From an uncultured Verrucomicrobiae bacterium (GTDB lineage Bacteria > Verrucomicrobiota > Verrucomicrobiia > Chthoniobacterales > JAFAMB01): a DNA stretch of 64,000 nt. The notes below the pieces were generated by a model, which saw nothing but the letters and a program-made list of their open reading frames with translations, had not been told where the DNA came from and ran no database searches. Numbering within the stretch: the first letter of the stretch is position 1; every line of letters begins with the position of its first letter. Shown one piece after another: positions 62,605-64,000 of this stretch. Position numbers and translations under genes: made by a program. The stretch is from positions 32,001 to 96,000 of the forward strand of contig CAVXLD010000007.1 of NCBI GenBank assembly GCA_963762565.1, written 5' to 3'.

Positions 62605-62895
62605 GTGTCCTGTCCCATAAATAACGTGGCTTTCGTTGCGATGAAAATGGGCCGCCGGCAAGCCGGTCCGAGCCGGACTGGCGGTAGGAGGGCGCATATC
62701 TAGATTGATACGTAACCGACGAGCAACGCAGCCGCCGGCCCATTTTCATCGCAACCCTCCGGGCCGTGGCCAGTTGGCTGTTTTTCCGCGTTGCTCGCTC
62801 GACCCGTATGAACCAGATATGGGCGCTTCGCTCGCGCCTTGAAAAACAGCCAACTGACCGACGGCGAAAGCCATGTTACTTATGGGACAGGACAC
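62605..62895. mobile_element. Full-length MITE (291 bp) with about 31-bp TIR and two internal hairpin arms
   Basis: gtgtcctgtcccataaataacgtggctttcg / cgaaagccatgttacttatgggacaggacac; internal perfect 20-bp and 16-bp inverted repeats. Confidence 0.9.
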
Positions 62896-62901
62896 TGAAA
62901 G

Positions 62902-63486
62902 ATGATTCAGTCACAGATCGGCCTTGAAGAAACCGCGGCGCAACTGCGTCGGGAGATATTTGCTTATATTCGCGGTAAGGTTGGCGACTCGTCGACGGCA
63001 GACGACTTGACCCAAGAGACTTTCCTCAGGGTGGAGAAAGCGCTTGCCAGAGGAACTGAACCCGAACATTTTCGTGGCTGGATTTTTCAGATCGCAAGAA
63101 ATTCGGTTGTGGATTGGGTCAACGCAAGGCGGCGCTTTGTCGCTTTAGAGGGGGAAGAGCGAACAGTTGAGAGCCTAGGCCGGGACACGGTCGATCGGAC
63201 CGATACCGAGTTTCGCCAAGGACTCTTTGCTTACGCTACAAAAGTTATCGAAGAGATGCCTCCTGAAGATCGCGAGGCGTTGACCCTAACAGAACTGGAA
63301 GGACTTAGCCGCGAAGAGTTGGCGGACCAGCTTGGGATTTCGATTTCGGCCGCAAAATCCAGAGTGGTTCGGGCGCGGGCCAAGCTGAGGAAAGCGGTCG
63401 AGGATTGCTGCCGCCTGACTATTGATCCTTATGGCAAGGTGATCGGTTGGCAAAGGAGGGCGGAGTGCTGTCGAGGAAGGAGCTAG
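62902..63486 (+). CDS. ECF sigma factor, SigZ-like, with Cys pairs in the C-terminus
   Basis: ADDLTQETF, WIFQIARN, KSRVVRAR, CCRLTIDPYG. Confidence 0.9.
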   Translation: MIQSQIGLEETAAQLRREIFAYIRGKVGDSSTADDLTQETFLRVEKALARGTEPEHFRGWIFQIARNSVVDWVNARRRFVALEGEERTVESLGRDTVDRTDTEFRQGLFAYATKVIEEMPPEDREALTLTELEGLSREELADQLGISISAAKSRVVRARAKLRKAVEDCCRLTIDPYGKVIGWQRRAECCRGRS

Positions 63487-63511
63487 GAGCTAGAATCTAG
63501 GAGCTAGGAGC
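63478..63511 (+). repeat. Heptamer tandem repeat (AGGAGCT)n
   Basis: aggagct aggagct agaatct aggagct aggagc. Confidence 0.8.
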
Positions 63512-63537
63512 GGGGATGCCGAGGGGTCGCCACCCGT

Positions 63538-63718
63538 GGAGCGCTGCCTCGCTTGCGAGGCCGTGGTGAGCAAGGGCGAAGGTCGGGCAAATGTATTGTC
63601 TGTCAGCGCTCTTAGGTACGGCGAGGCGGGCGCAACGACATAGAGCATCGGCGGGCACGGTTAATATGCGTCGCGATTCTCCTTGCTCACCACGGCCTCG
63701 CAAGCGAGGCAGCGCTCC
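63538..63718. repeat. REPIN-like element: perfect 38-bp inverted repeat, each arm with its own hairpin
   Basis: 63538-63575 is the reverse complement of 63681-63718; inner gcctcgcttgcgaggc. Confidence 0.85.
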
Positions 63719-63769
63719 CGGGTGGCCCCGTTCACGGCGTTGTCGGCGTTCGCGGCGTTGCCGGCGTTA

Positions 63770-64000
63770 CTAATTATGCAGGGGAGTGAGGATGGGTTCG
63801 CTGATGCTGAGAAGGCTGAACTCGGCTTCGAAACCTTGGCGTTCGGGCGAACAACACATGAGACCAACTTGCGTGTGAGCGGACTCTGGGAAGTAGGCGA
63901 GCCGGAGCATCTGGAATGCACTTCCATCGGTGGAATATTGAATCCGAATCGCGGCGCCGAGCTTGGTTAACCGAAACCATACCGGTCCGGCTGAGGACGC
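63770..64000 (-). CDS. DUF1349-like protein, 3' end (start outside window, not in ORF track)
   Basis: PVWFRLTKLGAAIRIQYSTDGSAFQMLRLAYFP...VGLMCCSPERQGF. Confidence 0.8.
   Translation of the reverse strand, partial: ASSAGPVWFRLTKLGAAIRIQYSTDGSAFQMLRLAYFPESAHTQVGLMCCSPERQGFEAEFSLLSISEPILTPLHN

Noticed and set aside
62605..62617. TGTCCC in the MITE TIR as a mobile WYL operator
   Set aside because: Only a 6-bp half-site, without the N7 palindrome or the N10-TA spacing

Overview
About 64 kb of roughly 56% GC bacterial DNA. The gene set and intergenic repeat style suggest a soil Verrucomicrobiota (Chthoniobacterales-like) genome; this is inference only. The region is a heavily rearranged accessory region. 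Intact housekeeping-type genes (murQ, BadF-type kinase, xth, sugar ABC transporter plus epimerase, PAS-SpoIIE phosphatase, pcm, two Hsp20, ferredoxin, arsM/arsC/SigZ-like sigma) are mixed with more than 15 gene fragments and many dispersed repeats. No rRNA, tRNA, CRISPR array, transposase or integrase was recognised. Main observations: (1) a multicopy TraK/StbA-like HTH gene interrupted at the same codon by a hairpin plus heptamer-repeat insert, with both halves still showing mostly synonymous divergence; (2) a WYL regulator-vWA locus with a visible GGGAC-N7-GTCCC operator and TGTCCC-N10-TA promoter geometry, next to an IrrE/ImmA peptidase pair; (3) two paralogous DUF4062-TM-TPR receptor-like proteins with different repeat numbers; (4) a 538-bp transposase-less element (22-bp TIR, 8-bp TSD) carrying a cupin gene; (5) TA-flanked MITEs sharing an internal core. 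Bases 1844-2596 look like a long-read artefact, so single-base frameshifts elsewhere may be sequencing errors. All family assignments are by eye; no searches were run.
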